From a virus (taxonomy: Duplodnaviria > Caudoviricetes), in IMG/VR virus record IMGVR_UViG_3300014208_000023, positions 224,001-288,000 of that record: 64,000 nucleotides of DNA; one strand, 5' to 3'. The position numbers were made by a program, and so were the translations under genes. The notes beneath the pieces were generated by a model that saw only the letters and a program-made list of their open reading frames with translations, was not told where the DNA came from and ran no database searches. Of the stretch, positions 19,369 through 28,416 are shown one piece after another. Numbering within the stretch: the first letter of the stretch is position 1; each line of letters starts with the position of its first letter.

Positions 19369-20379
19369 ATGGCATATACCTTTTCAGTAAATAATACTCC
19401 ATTAACAGGCGCTGTAGCCATGTACCAATTAGTATCTGCGCTTATGTCGGCTGGCTGGCTTAAGAAAATGGATTCTGATGGCACTACTTATAGTGCTACT
19501 GGTGTTCAAGTAACCTCTGGGGCATCTGGGGCTAATGGTTTGGGTAATTCTAATGCTTGGGTTAGACTGCAGGCCCCACCAGTTAATGGCGGAACAATAG
19601 TAAATCAAACTAGAGAGCTAACTATTCAAAGAGGTACTACTGATTTAGTATGGAGAATTAAGTACTCAGCATCTGCATTATTTACTGGAGGTACTCCAGG
19701 CATTTCCCAAACACCATTATCAACAGATGAGGTTTTTATGGCAGGCGGTGGTACCAATGCTTCCCCAACATTCTTATCAATGTTTCTTACAAATAATACT
19801 TATGTTTGGCATATTGCTGCTGGAGACTCTAACGAATTTTATTCTTTTGTTGTTTGGGGAAATCTATTTGGAACTGCTGGCATAACAAACGTTAATGCAA
19901 TTGCAATTGATGTTTTGGCTGCTGGAAGTTATCCGGCAACAGATGTCGATCCCGCCGTAATTTATTTACAAACTTCCAGCGCTTTTGCAACTATAGTTTC
20001 TTCTGGATTTACAACTACTAATGTAACCAATCCATGTGTAGCTAGGGGCTGGATGGGCGCAACTAGCGCTGTAGGCGCATCAACAAGCTCAAATAATCAA
20101 AATATGAATATATCTACTTATGGTACTGCGTTAGGCATGCTACAAAACAGTAATGGCTCAGATCCTTGGACAAATAGCGATCAGCTTTTGCCATGTTTAT
20201 GGGGCTGCAATACAACGGCAACTCCTAAAGGAGTAAAGGGATTTTCTACACTATTTAGGATGGGAACTATTTATAGATATAATAGCGACATGTGCAGTAC
20301 TGTCGTTGGAGGCCTTTCAGATAAAATTTACGTTAATGGGCTTTGGTTACCATGGAGCGGCGTGAAGCCGATAAGGTAA
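19369..20379 (+). CDS. Paralogous array protein 1 (putative virion structural/receptor-binding)
   Basis: Shared MAYTF.VN.TP...AGW...DSDG...WRIKYS...DEV...DPAV...WLPWSG framework. Confidence 0.75.
   Translation: MAYTFSVNNTPLTGAVAMYQLVSALMSAGWLKKMDSDGTTYSATGVQVTSGASGANGLGNSNAWVRLQAPPVNGGTIVNQTRELTIQRGTTDLVWRIKYSASALFTGGTPGISQTPLSTDEVFMAGGGTNASPTFLSMFLTNNTYVWHIAAGDSNEFYSFVVWGNLFGTAGITNVNAIAIDVLAAGSYPATDVDPAVIYLQTSSAFATIVSSGFTTTNVTNPCVARGWMGATSAVGASTSSNNQNMNISTYGTALGMLQNSNGSDPWTNSDQLLPCLWGCNTTATPKGVKGFSTLFRMGTIYRYNSDMCSTVVGGLSDKIYVNGLWLPWSGVKPIR
20348..20370 (+). repeat. Array junction element TACCATGGAGCGGC-N5-GCCG (copy 1)
   Basis: GGAG directly followed by CGGC-GTGAA-GCCG hairpin, 10 nt before ATG 20381. 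Confidence 0.8.
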
Positions 20380-20380
20380 A

Positions 20381-21400
20381 ATGGCATATACTTTTTCAAT
20401 AGCAAATACTCCCGCATCTGGCGCAGTTGCAATGTATCTTATTAAAACAACACTAGTAACGGCTGGATGGGCCGTTGTGGCTGATTCTGATGGATCTACT
20501 TATAATGCTACTGGGGGACAAGTAACTACTGGCGCAGCTGGTGCCGGTGGTCTTGGAAATGCTAATGCATGGATTCGTCTTCAAGCCCCAACAGTAGGAA
20601 GTAATACGAGAGAAATAACTATTCAAAGAGCAAATAGCGGAGTGGTTGCAACTGATGATCGCGCATGGAGAATTAAGTATTCTGCTAATGCGCATTTTAC
20701 CGGAGGCTCCCCAGGAGTCTCACAAACCGGATCGGCTACCGATGAAGTATTTATACTAGGGGGAGGAACTGACGCCTCTCCAACATTTACAGCAAGTTGG
20801 TTTGCGGCAAATGGCGGTTATCGTTGGCATATTGCTGCCGGTGGGGCTACTGAATTATATTCATTTTATGCGATTGCTCTTACGAGCGCAACCACTACTC
20901 AACAAAACGCAATGTTTCTTGATGTAATGGCGGCTGGAAGCTATTCTTCTTCTGACGTAGATCCAGCCGTAATGTATTGCTCTTCGGCTGCTGCAAGCGC
21001 AATAGGAATATCTGAAGTAATATCCAGCGCTTTTCCTATATCAGCCAACGTTACTAATCCTGCCCTAGCTAGGGCATGGCTTGGAGCAACAAGTGCGGCA
21101 GGCGCATCAATAACAAGTAACAGTGTAAATGTAAATATGGTTACTTATGGAAGTAATTTTGGAAATGCAACTTCACTTGCAGTAAATCCATTTAGCACCA
21201 AAGATACATTAGTATTTACTTTGTGGGGTAGAAAATGGGGAAGCAATCCTTATCCGCCAGCAGGAATCAAAGGAATTTCTACTTTATTTTTAACTGGATC
21301 TATGAGTAGAACGAATCTAGATACAAATCTTTCTCTAACTAAAATATGGTATGGAAAATTATGGTTACCCTGGGATGGCGTAACTACACCATCAGCATAA
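20381..21400 (+). CDS. Paralogous array protein 2
   Basis: Same framework; ends WLPWDG. Confidence 0.75.
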   Translation: MAYTFSIANTPASGAVAMYLIKTTLVTAGWAVVADSDGSTYNATGGQVTTGAAGAGGLGNANAWIRLQAPTVGSNTREITIQRANSGVVATDDRAWRIKYSANAHFTGGSPGVSQTGSATDEVFILGGGTDASPTFTASWFAANGGYRWHIAAGGATELYSFYAIALTSATTTQQNAMFLDVMAAGSYSSSDVDPAVMYCSSAAASAIGISEVISSAFPISANVTNPALARAWLGATSAAGASITSNSVNVNMVTYGSNFGNATSLAVNPFSTKDTLVFTLWGRKWGSNPYPPAGIKGISTLFLTGSMSRTNLDTNLSLTKIWYGKLWLPWDGVTTPSA

Positions 21401-21414
21401 TGGAAACAATATAA

Positions 21415-22941
21415 ATGGCATATACATTTTTAGTAAATCAAACTCCCTTAACCGGATCTGTAGCTATGTATCAGCTCATCAGTACTCTAATAACTGCTGG
21501 CTGGACTAAAGTTATGGACTCAGATGGTACAACATATAGTTCGTCAGGAGCGCAAGTTACTTCTGGAGCATCTGGAGCTAATGGTTTAGGAAATAATAAT
21601 GCTTGGGTACGTCTTGCAGCACCGGCGGTAAATGGTGGCTCTGTAGTTAATCAGACAAGAGAGTTAGTTATTCAAAGAACAAACGCAGATACGGCTTGGA
21701 GGATTAAATATTCTGCATCTGGAGGATTTGGAGGTGGCGCACCCGCTGCAACTATTTCTCCATCAAACCCAACCGCATATAGTTATCCAGAAACCAACCA
21801 AGATGCAACGACATCATTATATACTGGCGCAATTATTGGAACAGGCCAGTCTTTTACGGGAACTGGATCGGCAATAAGTACGACAAAATGGCATTTAAAA
21901 AAGACAGGGTCTCCTACTGGTTCCGCATTCGTTAAAATTTATGCTCATTCAGGGTCTCTTGGGACAACAAGCATACCAACTGGAACCGCTTTAGCCACTT
22001 CCAATGCATTTGATGTTTCAACATTATCTGGCGTTTATGCTTTAACAGAAATAAAATTTACAGGAGCCAATAATATTGTTTTGGCTAATGGGACCGATTA
22101 TGTTATAGCAATTGAATATTCTGCTGCAGGAAGCAGCATAACAACCAGCTTAGATGTTGGTGGAGACGGATCTTCTCCTACTGCAACCGGTAACTCATCA
22201 ACGCTTACCGGATCTACTTGGACTGCGGTTAGCACTAGTGATTTATGCGCTATAGTTTATGTTGGACAACAGGATGAAGTATTAATGGCTGGAGCAGGTA
22301 CCGATGCTATACCAACCGGAACGGCAGGATGGTTTGCTACTAATAATACTTATCGTTGGCATATTGTTGCTGGTGGAGCGGCAGAGTTTTATTCATTTGT
22401 TGCTTGGGGAACAGATAGTGGAACAACATCGTCACAAGGAAATGCAATAGCTTTAGATATTATGCAAACAGGAAGCTATCCATCTACTGATCCTGATCCT
22501 GCCGTTATGTATGTTTCTCCTGCCTGGAATAATAATCCTTTCTCATCAATCATGTCAACAATATTTGTGTCGGCCTGGTCTACTAATCCGGCCAATGCAA
22601 GAGCTTGGTTAGGCCCCACAAGCAACGTTGGGGCATCAATAACTTCAGGAATTAATAGCGTTAATGTAACAATGATAAGTTTTGGTTCTTTTAGTGGCGC
22701 ATCAGCCGCATCATTAGGAACTAATCCCTGGACTACTAATGATGATATTTTACATTGTGTGTGGGGCTGTTTAAATTCATCTATACCGCGCGGGGTAAAA
22801 GGTATTTCCACCATTTTTAGAGCACCAACTATGGTTAGAAGATACATGGATACATATAATACCATATCTCCAGGGTCTAAAGATATAATTAATTTTAATC
22901 AAGTTTGCTTACCATGGAGCGGCGCGACGCCGATCATTTAA
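21415..22941 (+). CDS. Paralogous array protein 3 with ~167-aa inserted beta domain
   Basis: Same framework split by an insertion at about aa 118-284. Confidence 0.75.
   Translation: MAYTFLVNQTPLTGSVAMYQLISTLITAGWTKVMDSDGTTYSSSGAQVTSGASGANGLGNNNAWVRLAAPAVNGGSVVNQTRELVIQRTNADTAWRIKYSASGGFGGGAPAATISPSNPTAYSYPETNQDATTSLYTGAIIGTGQSFTGTGSAISTTKWHLKKTGSPTGSAFVKIYAHSGSLGTTSIPTGTALATSNAFDVSTLSGVYALTEIKFTGANNIVLANGTDYVIAIEYSAAGSSITTSLDVGGDGSSPTATGNSSTLTGSTWTAVSTSDLCAIVYVGQQDEVLMAGAGTDAIPTGTAGWFATNNTYRWHIVAGGAAEFYSFVAWGTDSGTTSSQGNAIALDIMQTGSYPSTDPDPAVMYVSPAWNNNPFSSIMSTIFVSAWSTNPANARAWLGPTSNVGASITSGINSVNVTMISFGSFSGASAASLGTNPWTTNDDILHCVWGCLNSSIPRGVKGISTIFRAPTMVRRYMDTYNTISPGSKDIINFNQVCLPWSGATPII
22910..22932 (+). 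repeat. Array junction element (copy 2)
   Basis: TACCATGGAG-CGGC-GCGAC-GCCG, 8 nt before ATG 22941. Confidence 0.8.
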
Positions 22942-23960
22942 TGTCTTATATCTTTTCAGTAAATAATACTCCAGCGACTGGCGCTATTGCTATGTATCAA
23001 CTCATCAGTACTCTAATAACTGCTGGCTGGACTAAAGTAATGGATTCTGATGGTACCATTTATAGCGCTTCTGGAGCTCAAGTTACTTCTGGTAATACCG
23101 GATATACGGGATTAGATAACTCTAATGCTTGGATTAGATTACGCGCTCCCGCAGTTCTTAAAGGTGGGGCGGTCGCAAATCAAACAAGAGAAATAACTTT
23201 TCAAAGAGGAACTACTCAAGTTGCATGGAGAGTTAAATACTCTGCTTCGGCTGGTTTTTCAGGAGGATCTCCAGCAACTACAGTAACGCCATCATCTACT
23301 GATGAGGTATTTATGTTAGGAGGCGGCACAGATGCCTCTCCAACATTTAACAGTTGGTTTAGCACTCTTAATACTTATAATTGGCATATTATTGCTGGAG
23401 GATCAGATGAATATTATTCTTTTGCCGCATGGGCTATGGCAAAAGGACAGACAGCTTCATCAGGAAATATGATAGCCTTAGATGTTATGGCATTAGGAAG
23501 CTATCCCTCTATAGATGTTGATCCTGCAGTTATGTTTTGCTCAACCGCCGGAACATCATCTACTACCGATTTAACCTCGGCATTATTTGCTGCATCTACG
23601 GTAACTAATCCGTCTTTAGCTAGGGCCTGGTTTGGATCCACAAGCGCAGCTGGTGCCGCTGTTACTGGAACAAATAATGTAAATGTTCAAATGATTACTT
23701 ATGGTTCCGGAACAATTGGAAATTCTGGAACATTAGGAACTAATCCATGGACAAATGATGATGATTTGCTTCCATGTCTATGGGGAAATGCCGCAACCCT
23801 TGGGCCTCGTGGTATTAAAGGGTTTTCTACTTTATTTTTAGTAGGATCAGTTAATAGAAAAAATATGGATACATGTGATTTTTCTTATACTGGCGCTAAA
23901 GATAAGGTTTATTTTAATCAATTCTGGCTACCATGGAGCGGCGTTACGCCGGCAATATAA
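22941..23960 (+). CDS. Paralogous array protein 4
   Basis: Start corrected to ATG 22941 (TAATG overlap; MSYIFSVNNTP aligns with paralog N-termini), 339 aa. Confidence 0.75.
   Translation: MSYIFSVNNTPATGAIAMYQLISTLITAGWTKVMDSDGTIYSASGAQVTSGNTGYTGLDNSNAWIRLRAPAVLKGGAVANQTREITFQRGTTQVAWRVKYSASAGFSGGSPATTVTPSSTDEVFMLGGGTDASPTFNSWFSTLNTYNWHIIAGGSDEYYSFAAWAMAKGQTASSGNMIALDVMALGSYPSIDVDPAVMFCSTAGTSSTTDLTSALFAASTVTNPSLARAWFGSTSAAGAAVTGTNNVNVQMITYGSGTIGNSGTLGTNPWTNDDDLLPCLWGNAATLGPRGIKGFSTLFLVGSVNRKNMDTCDFSYTGAKDKVYFNQFWLPWSGVTPAI
23929..23951 (+). repeat. Array junction element (copy 3)
   Basis: TACCATGGAG-CGGC-GTTAC-GCCG, 10 nt before ATG 23962. Confidence 0.8.
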
Positions 23961-23961
23961 A

Positions 23962-24963
23962 ATGTCATATACCTTTTCAGTGAATAATAGCCCGCTTACT
24001 GGCGCCGTGGCAATTTATCAATTAATAACGGCATTAACTACTGCCGGCTGGATTAGGCAAGCAGATTCTGATGGCAGCACTTATAACGCTGCTGGAGGAC
24101 AAGTAACTTCAGGTAATACTGGAACTAATGGGCTAGATAATCCTAATGCATGGATTAGGATGCAAGCACCAACAGTTGGAAGTAATACAAGAGAATTAAC
24201 CTTTCAAAGAGGAGCGTCCAATCTTGGATGGAGAATTAAATATTCTGCTAACGCTCATTTTACAGGTGGCTCGCCAGGAGTTTCTCAAACAGGGTCTGCT
24301 ACTGATGAGGTATTTATGACTGGCGGTGGAACCGACGCTTCTCCAACATTTACTACTAATTTTATGAGTGCGAATAATTCATATCATTGGCATATAGTGA
24401 CAGGTGGGGCGGCAGAGTTTTATTCATTTGCTGTTTGGGGAGCTGTAAATGGCACCTCTACATCAGCTTCTGGCATGTGTCTTGACGTAATGGCAGCTGG
24501 AAGCTATCCTGCAGCAGATGTAGATCCTGCAGTTATGTATTGTTCTTCATCTACTATTGGCGTATTTTCAGAAGTATATTCTACCTCAACATTAGCCTCA
24601 GTTAATGTGACCAACCCAGCCCAAGCAAGAGCGTGGTTGGGCGCTACTAGCGCCGCAGGTGCGTCATTAACAAGCACCAACGTGAATGTTAGCATGGTTA
24701 CTTACGGAGCAAATCAAATGGGAGCCACAGTAACTATAGGCACTAATCCCTTTACAAATAAAGATGATTTATTTCCCATGATATGGGGATCAGGTTTTAC
24801 CGGTTTTCCGCGTGGACTAAAAGGATTCTCTACATTATTTATGTGCGGAACTATACAGAGAAGAAATATGACAACAGCAGATACTATCAGTTCAAATTCT
24901 AGAGATAGAATTTTTATGAATGGCGTTTGGATACCATGGAGCGGCACCAAGCCGGCAATATAA
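23962..24963 (+). CDS. Paralogous array protein 5
   Basis: Start corrected to ATG 23962 (MSYTFSVNNSP), 333 aa. Confidence 0.75.
   Translation: MSYTFSVNNSPLTGAVAIYQLITALTTAGWIRQADSDGSTYNAAGGQVTSGNTGTNGLDNPNAWIRMQAPTVGSNTRELTFQRGASNLGWRIKYSANAHFTGGSPGVSQTGSATDEVFMTGGGTDASPTFTTNFMSANNSYHWHIVTGGAAEFYSFAVWGAVNGTSTSASGMCLDVMAAGSYPAADVDPAVMYCSSSTIGVFSEVYSTSTLASVNVTNPAQARAWLGATSAAGASLTSTNVNVSMVTYGANQMGATVTIGTNPFTNKDDLFPMIWGSGFTGFPRGLKGFSTLFMCGTIQRRNMTTADTISSNSRDRIFMNGVWIPWSGTKPAI
24932..24954 (+). repeat. Array junction element (copy 4)
   Basis: TACCATGGAG-CGGC-ACCAA-GCCG, 10 nt before ATG 24965. Confidence 0.8.
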
Positions 24964-24964
24964 A

Positions 24965-25264
24965 ATGACAGTATTTACAGGAGAAGTATTTATAGCGCCA
25001 GCAATAGCGTTTGCCAACATAGATGGATATGGAGAATTCTTATCATATGTGCAACAAACTAATGCAAATCAAGATGGATATGGAGCTCCAAAATTTACAG
25101 CAATAGCATCATCAAACATTAACCCAATTCCACATTATAAGTTGTCATGCGAAGACAATACTGGATTAAGGCATTATTGGGTAGATACTAGCGTTTCTTT
25201 AATTAATGCTCCGGCAGGATTTACCTATGTAATAGGCACATTCGTTAATCAGGGCAAATTCTAG
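24965..25264 (+). CDS. Small hypothetical protein closing the plus-strand cassette
   Basis: Start corrected to ATG 24965 (MTVFTGEV), 99 aa; preceded by the same junction element as array genes. Confidence 0.65.
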   Translation: MTVFTGEVFIAPAIAFANIDGYGEFLSYVQQTNANQDGYGAPKFTAIASSNINPIPHYKLSCEDNTGLRHYWVDTSVSLINAPAGFTYVIGTFVNQGKF

Positions 25265-25617
25265 CGGCCTTTAGCCTCTTCTGCATCTTCCTTAATTCTA
25301 GTTAAAATAGCCTCTTTAGTTAGTATTTCAAAAGATTTTGGGATTTTAACTAAATGAGTGCTACATTTCGTGCAGCAAAGCTTATCTCCAACTAATTTTG
25401 GAAGTGCCTCATTAGAGCAGGCGTGACATTTAGCAGAAAAGCTTTCTTTTTTTGGACGCTTAATTTGCTTTAGGTTTTTTAGCTGAGCTTTGGTAAATTG
25501 AGTTACATTCGTAATTGTCTTATCGCAATCAGCGCAATATACCTGATTATCTTCAAGGTTAATTACTGCTTGAGTATTTTTACCACAACCTTTGTTATCA
25601 CAATTAATTAAAAACAT
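25261..25617 (-). CDS. Zinc-ribbon protein (four Cys pairs)
   Basis: CDNKGC, CADC, CHAC, CTKC. Confidence 0.7.
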   Translation of the reverse strand: MFLINCDNKGCGKNTQAVINLEDNQVYCADCDKTITNVTQFTKAQLKNLKQIKRPKKESFSAKCHACSNEALPKLVGDKLCCTKCSTHLVKIPKSFEILTKEAILTRIKEDAEEAKGR

Positions 25618-25618
25618 T

Positions 25619-26566
25619 TTAGTTTCCTTCTTTTAAGATCGATATTAATTTTTCTTTGTTTTTTGGATAACTTACATCCAAAATAACTCTTTCATTTCCC
25701 TGAAGATTAACTCCTAAATTTTTAAGAATAATCTCTTCCTTATTTCTACTATCTGCCGGCACCTCTATATTTTGATCTCCTTTAATGGATGGAACGGTTT
25801 TTGAACAACCCTCCAATGCTTCCAATAGAGATATGTTTAAATTGCATATAACATCGGCTCCGTCTAGCTTCAATTGCGTATCATTTTTTACATTTATAGT
25901 CATAAGTATATTTGAGTGTGCATCTCCAAAAATTGAGCTATGAGAGTAGTGTCCGGCCCCTTGCAATTGTATGATATTTTTATCAGACACTCCGGCAGGT
26001 ATTTTAACCTTCATTTTTGTTTTGGATTTAGAGAATCCTTTTTTATTGCACTTTAAACACTCTTCTTTTGTGCTCTGGCCGTGACACTGAGAACAAAGAG
26101 TATTCATTATCATATTTCCTCTTTGAACGGAAGAGTGGCCAAAACCATCACAATGAGTGCAGTTATTTTTCTTCTGCTTAAATGTTTGACCATTACATTC
26201 ATCACATTTAACATCACGATCTATTTCTATTTCTTTTTCAGTTCCAAGAATACTTTCTTCAAAAGAAATGTTTTGATCTATAGTGATGTGGCTGACATTC
26301 CTAGGTGGCGGACCTTGATCTTGTCTAAATCCAGAAAATCCCTGAAATATATCGGCCATATTAAACGGCATTCCTTGTTGAGGAGGATTTTTCCGATAAT
26401 CTTGTATTTGCTGGTACGCCGAATTTATTTGTTTAAACTTATCCGGATTTTCTTTATTTATATCTGGATGATATTTTTTAGCTAATGATTTCCATTTTTT
26501 CTTTAGATCGTCATCAGATATATTTTCTGACGATTCAAGTATTTTATATGCTTCTTGTATATTCAT
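25619..26566 (-). CDS. dnaJ: DnaJ co-chaperone (J domain, Cys-rich zinc domain, C-terminal domain)
   Basis: LAKKYHPDIN; four CxxC repeats (CDECNG, CTHCDG, CSQCHG, CLKCNK); VKIPAGV; ISLLEALEG. Confidence 0.9.
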   Translation of the reverse strand: MNIQEAYKILESSENISDDDLKKKWKSLAKKYHPDINKENPDKFKQINSAYQQIQDYRKNPPQQGMPFNMADIFQGFSGFRQDQGPPPRNVSHITIDQNISFEESILGTEKEIEIDRDVKCDECNGQTFKQKKNNCTHCDGFGHSSVQRGNMIMNTLCSQCHGQSTKEECLKCNKKGFSKSKTKMKVKIPAGVSDKNIIQLQGAGHYSHSSIFGDAHSNILMTINVKNDTQLKLDGADVICNLNISLLEALEGCSKTVPSIKGDQNIEVPADSRNKEEIILKNLGVNLQGNERVILDVSYPKNKEKLISILKEGN

Positions 26567-27135
26567 TTGCTTTCAGTAATTATTTGGTTGCAATAATAAG
26601 CTACGGCTATAGCGTCCGCCATATCATAATGCTCTTCCATTAATCTTGGTGATTTGCCTCTAACATCTCTTGTTGGCCTAGGAATTTCTATATTTAGAAT
26701 AGTTTCTAATAAGGCCGGTATCTCATCCTTTTTTGGAAGAGAAGATAGTTTCGAAGCCTTTTTAATGCGTGTGCGTATTGATATGACATTGCATATGTGT
26801 AATGGCAATTGAGAGAAAGTCTCTGTAATAGATAGGCATAGGGTTCTATTTAAGACTGCCAACGGTATTATAGTGGCGGCCCCCGATCCTCCACTCATAA
26901 ACTTTATAAAATCTTCTACTGCAACATGATCTGGTTTATATTCTGAAATAATAGATATTATTTCTTTTTTAGCCAATCGCAACATATTTAAAAAATCGAA
27001 GTTATGATCCGGCAACAATCCTTTTTCTGGCTTATAATATCCTATATGGATAATGATCGCTTTTCCGTTGTCATCAAAATCAATAACCGAAATCCCTATG
27101 GTCGAGGTCGATACATCCAAGCCTAAAATGCGCAT
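26563..27135 (-). CDS. RuvC-like Holliday junction resolvase
   Basis: MRILGLDVSTSTIG, VAVED, DMADAIAVA RNase H-fold acidic residues. Confidence 0.75.
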   Translation of the reverse strand: MRILGLDVSTSTIGISVIDFDDNGKAIIIHIGYYKPEKGLLPDHNFDFLNMLRLAKKEIISIISEYKPDHVAVEDFIKFMSGGSGAATIIPLAVLNRTLCLSITETFSQLPLHICNVISIRTRIKKASKLSSLPKKDEIPALLETILNIEIPRPTRDVRGKSPRLMEEHYDMADAIAVAYYCNQIITESK

Positions 27136-27160
27136 ACCTTATATATAACGCATCTTTTAT

Positions 27161-27253
27161 TAGTGGAAAGTCAAGGAGTCGAACCCTGAATTATTTGATG
27201 GATGAACGATATCAAACTATCCGTGCATAGAGACAAATCTCAAATGCCTTTCC
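27161..27253 (-). tRNA. tRNA-like element/pseudo-tRNA (class II-sized; no assignable anticodon)
   Basis: GGAAAG/CTTTCC acceptor stem, canonical T arm CAGGG-TTCGACT-CCTTG, discriminator A then CTA; D and anticodon arms degenerate. Confidence 0.45.
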
Positions 27254-27285
27254 AAAAGAAAAGGCCCAGGTTTTAGCTGGGCCTT
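27254..27285 (-). terminator. Rho-independent terminator after ssb gene
   Basis: 9-bp stem AAGGCCCAG/CTGGGCCTT with 7-nt loop followed by TTCTTTT on minus strand. Confidence 0.8.
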
Positions 27286-27310
27286 CTCTACACACGATTA
27301 CGATTTAGAA

Positions 27311-28012
27311 TCAGCCGTTAACTGCTTTTTTCTTATTATCGTAATTCTTGAAGAAGCTATCTCCTTCTGCTTCTTCTTCATCGTCTCCAGCTGAGGCTTT
27401 ATCGCCACTATCAGTTGAAGGCGCTCCTCCGGCCGCATTGATTTCGTCCTGAATTTTATTCAAACGATCTCGTACGAATGATGGTGATGGTGCCTCTACT
27501 TTCGCCGCCAAATTCTTGGCTGGATTCTCTTCCTGAAGACGAATATCGTCAGCAGTTAGAGGCGTTGGTGGCATTGGGCTAACATAGTAATAGTTAGTCG
27601 CGCCTCCATTAGGATCCACTACGATATCAAGGTCATAGCCTTCTGGGCTTCCCCATGGACCTTTTGCTAGCGTCTGAATCGACTTGAAAACTGAATATCC
27701 TATATCAAGGGTTCTATAGGTTCCAGTTTTACGATCGATAACGCCAACGAACCAGCGTCTTTTCGCCTTGTTCACTGGTGACATCTCACATAGTGGACAT
27801 TTCTCTTCGGTTTCCGAGCGAGAACAATTGATGCGATATCCGTATTTCTTGCCTCCGGCGGGCTCATAACGGTGCTGATGATATTGGTGTGGGAGGGTTA
27901 GTAACCGAATTAAGTTACTGCCAGGATTTAGTCGAAGAAAATCGTTTTTGCTTTTTCCTCCACCAAGTGATGGCTCGCCCCAACCTACTACTCCATTTTT
28001 TACATTACTCAT
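27311..28012 (-). CDS. Single-stranded DNA-binding protein, T4 gp32-like
   Basis: NLIRLL, CPLC, WFVGVIDRK, GYDLDIVV, acidic C-terminal tail DDEEEAEGDSFF. Confidence 0.75.
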   Translation of the reverse strand: MSNVKNGVVGWGEPSLGGGKSKNDFLRLNPGSNLIRLLTLPHQYHQHRYEPAGGKKYGYRINCSRSETEEKCPLCEMSPVNKAKRRWFVGVIDRKTGTYRTLDIGYSVFKSIQTLAKGPWGSPEGYDLDIVVDPNGGATNYYYVSPMPPTPLTADDIRLQEENPAKNLAAKVEAPSPSFVRDRLNKIQDEINAAGGAPSTDSGDKASAGDDEEEAEGDSFFKNYDNKKKAVNG

Positions 28013-28070
28013 TTTTATTTTCCTATTTCTGTTTTTAGCTGTTCGCTATTTTTTGTTTACTGATTTTGAG

Positions 28071-28400
28071 TTACCGCTGAACGAATTCAACTACTCTCTT
28101 ACGCATGTGATCAGTGGTTCTTGTGAAATTCACCTTAACACCTGATCGTCTTAAACTATATATCACATTATTAACTACCTTACGCATTACTGATGGTGAG
28201 GATGGCCAATTAGTTGGAGTTTTATTTCGACTAACCGTACGGAGCGCGTTTCCTAGCTCTGTCATATTTCCTGACCATTCACCCCCCTTCTTTCCCAGTA
28301 GGGATACGATTCTTTCTTGAATCGTGCTGGCAAGAACTTTATTCTTGTAGACTCCAGTTTGTGTCGTTGATCTTACTTGTTTTACATTACTCTTACGCAT
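28071..28400 (-). CDS. Hypothetical basic protein (possible winged helix)
   Basis: 109-aa basic ORF in operon. Confidence 0.6.
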   Translation of the reverse strand: MRKSNVKQVRSTTQTGVYKNKVLASTIQERIVSLLGKKGGEWSGNMTELGNALRTVSRNKTPTNWPSSPSVMRKVVNNVIYSLRRSGVKVNFTRTTDHMRKRVVEFVQR

Positions 28401-28416
28401 TACTTACCTGTATTGT

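Noticed and set aside
19369-25264. Diversity-generating retroelement targeting the paralog array
   Set aside because: No reverse transcriptase in the window and no template/variable repeat pair differing only at adenines; differences between paralogs are ordinary synonymous and amino-acid changes. An RT elsewhere in the genome cannot be excluded.
27161-27253. Selenocysteine tRNA
   Set aside because: The ends resemble selC-type sequences, but there is no UCA anticodon in a proper loop and no extended acceptor stem; kept only as a pseudo-tRNA.
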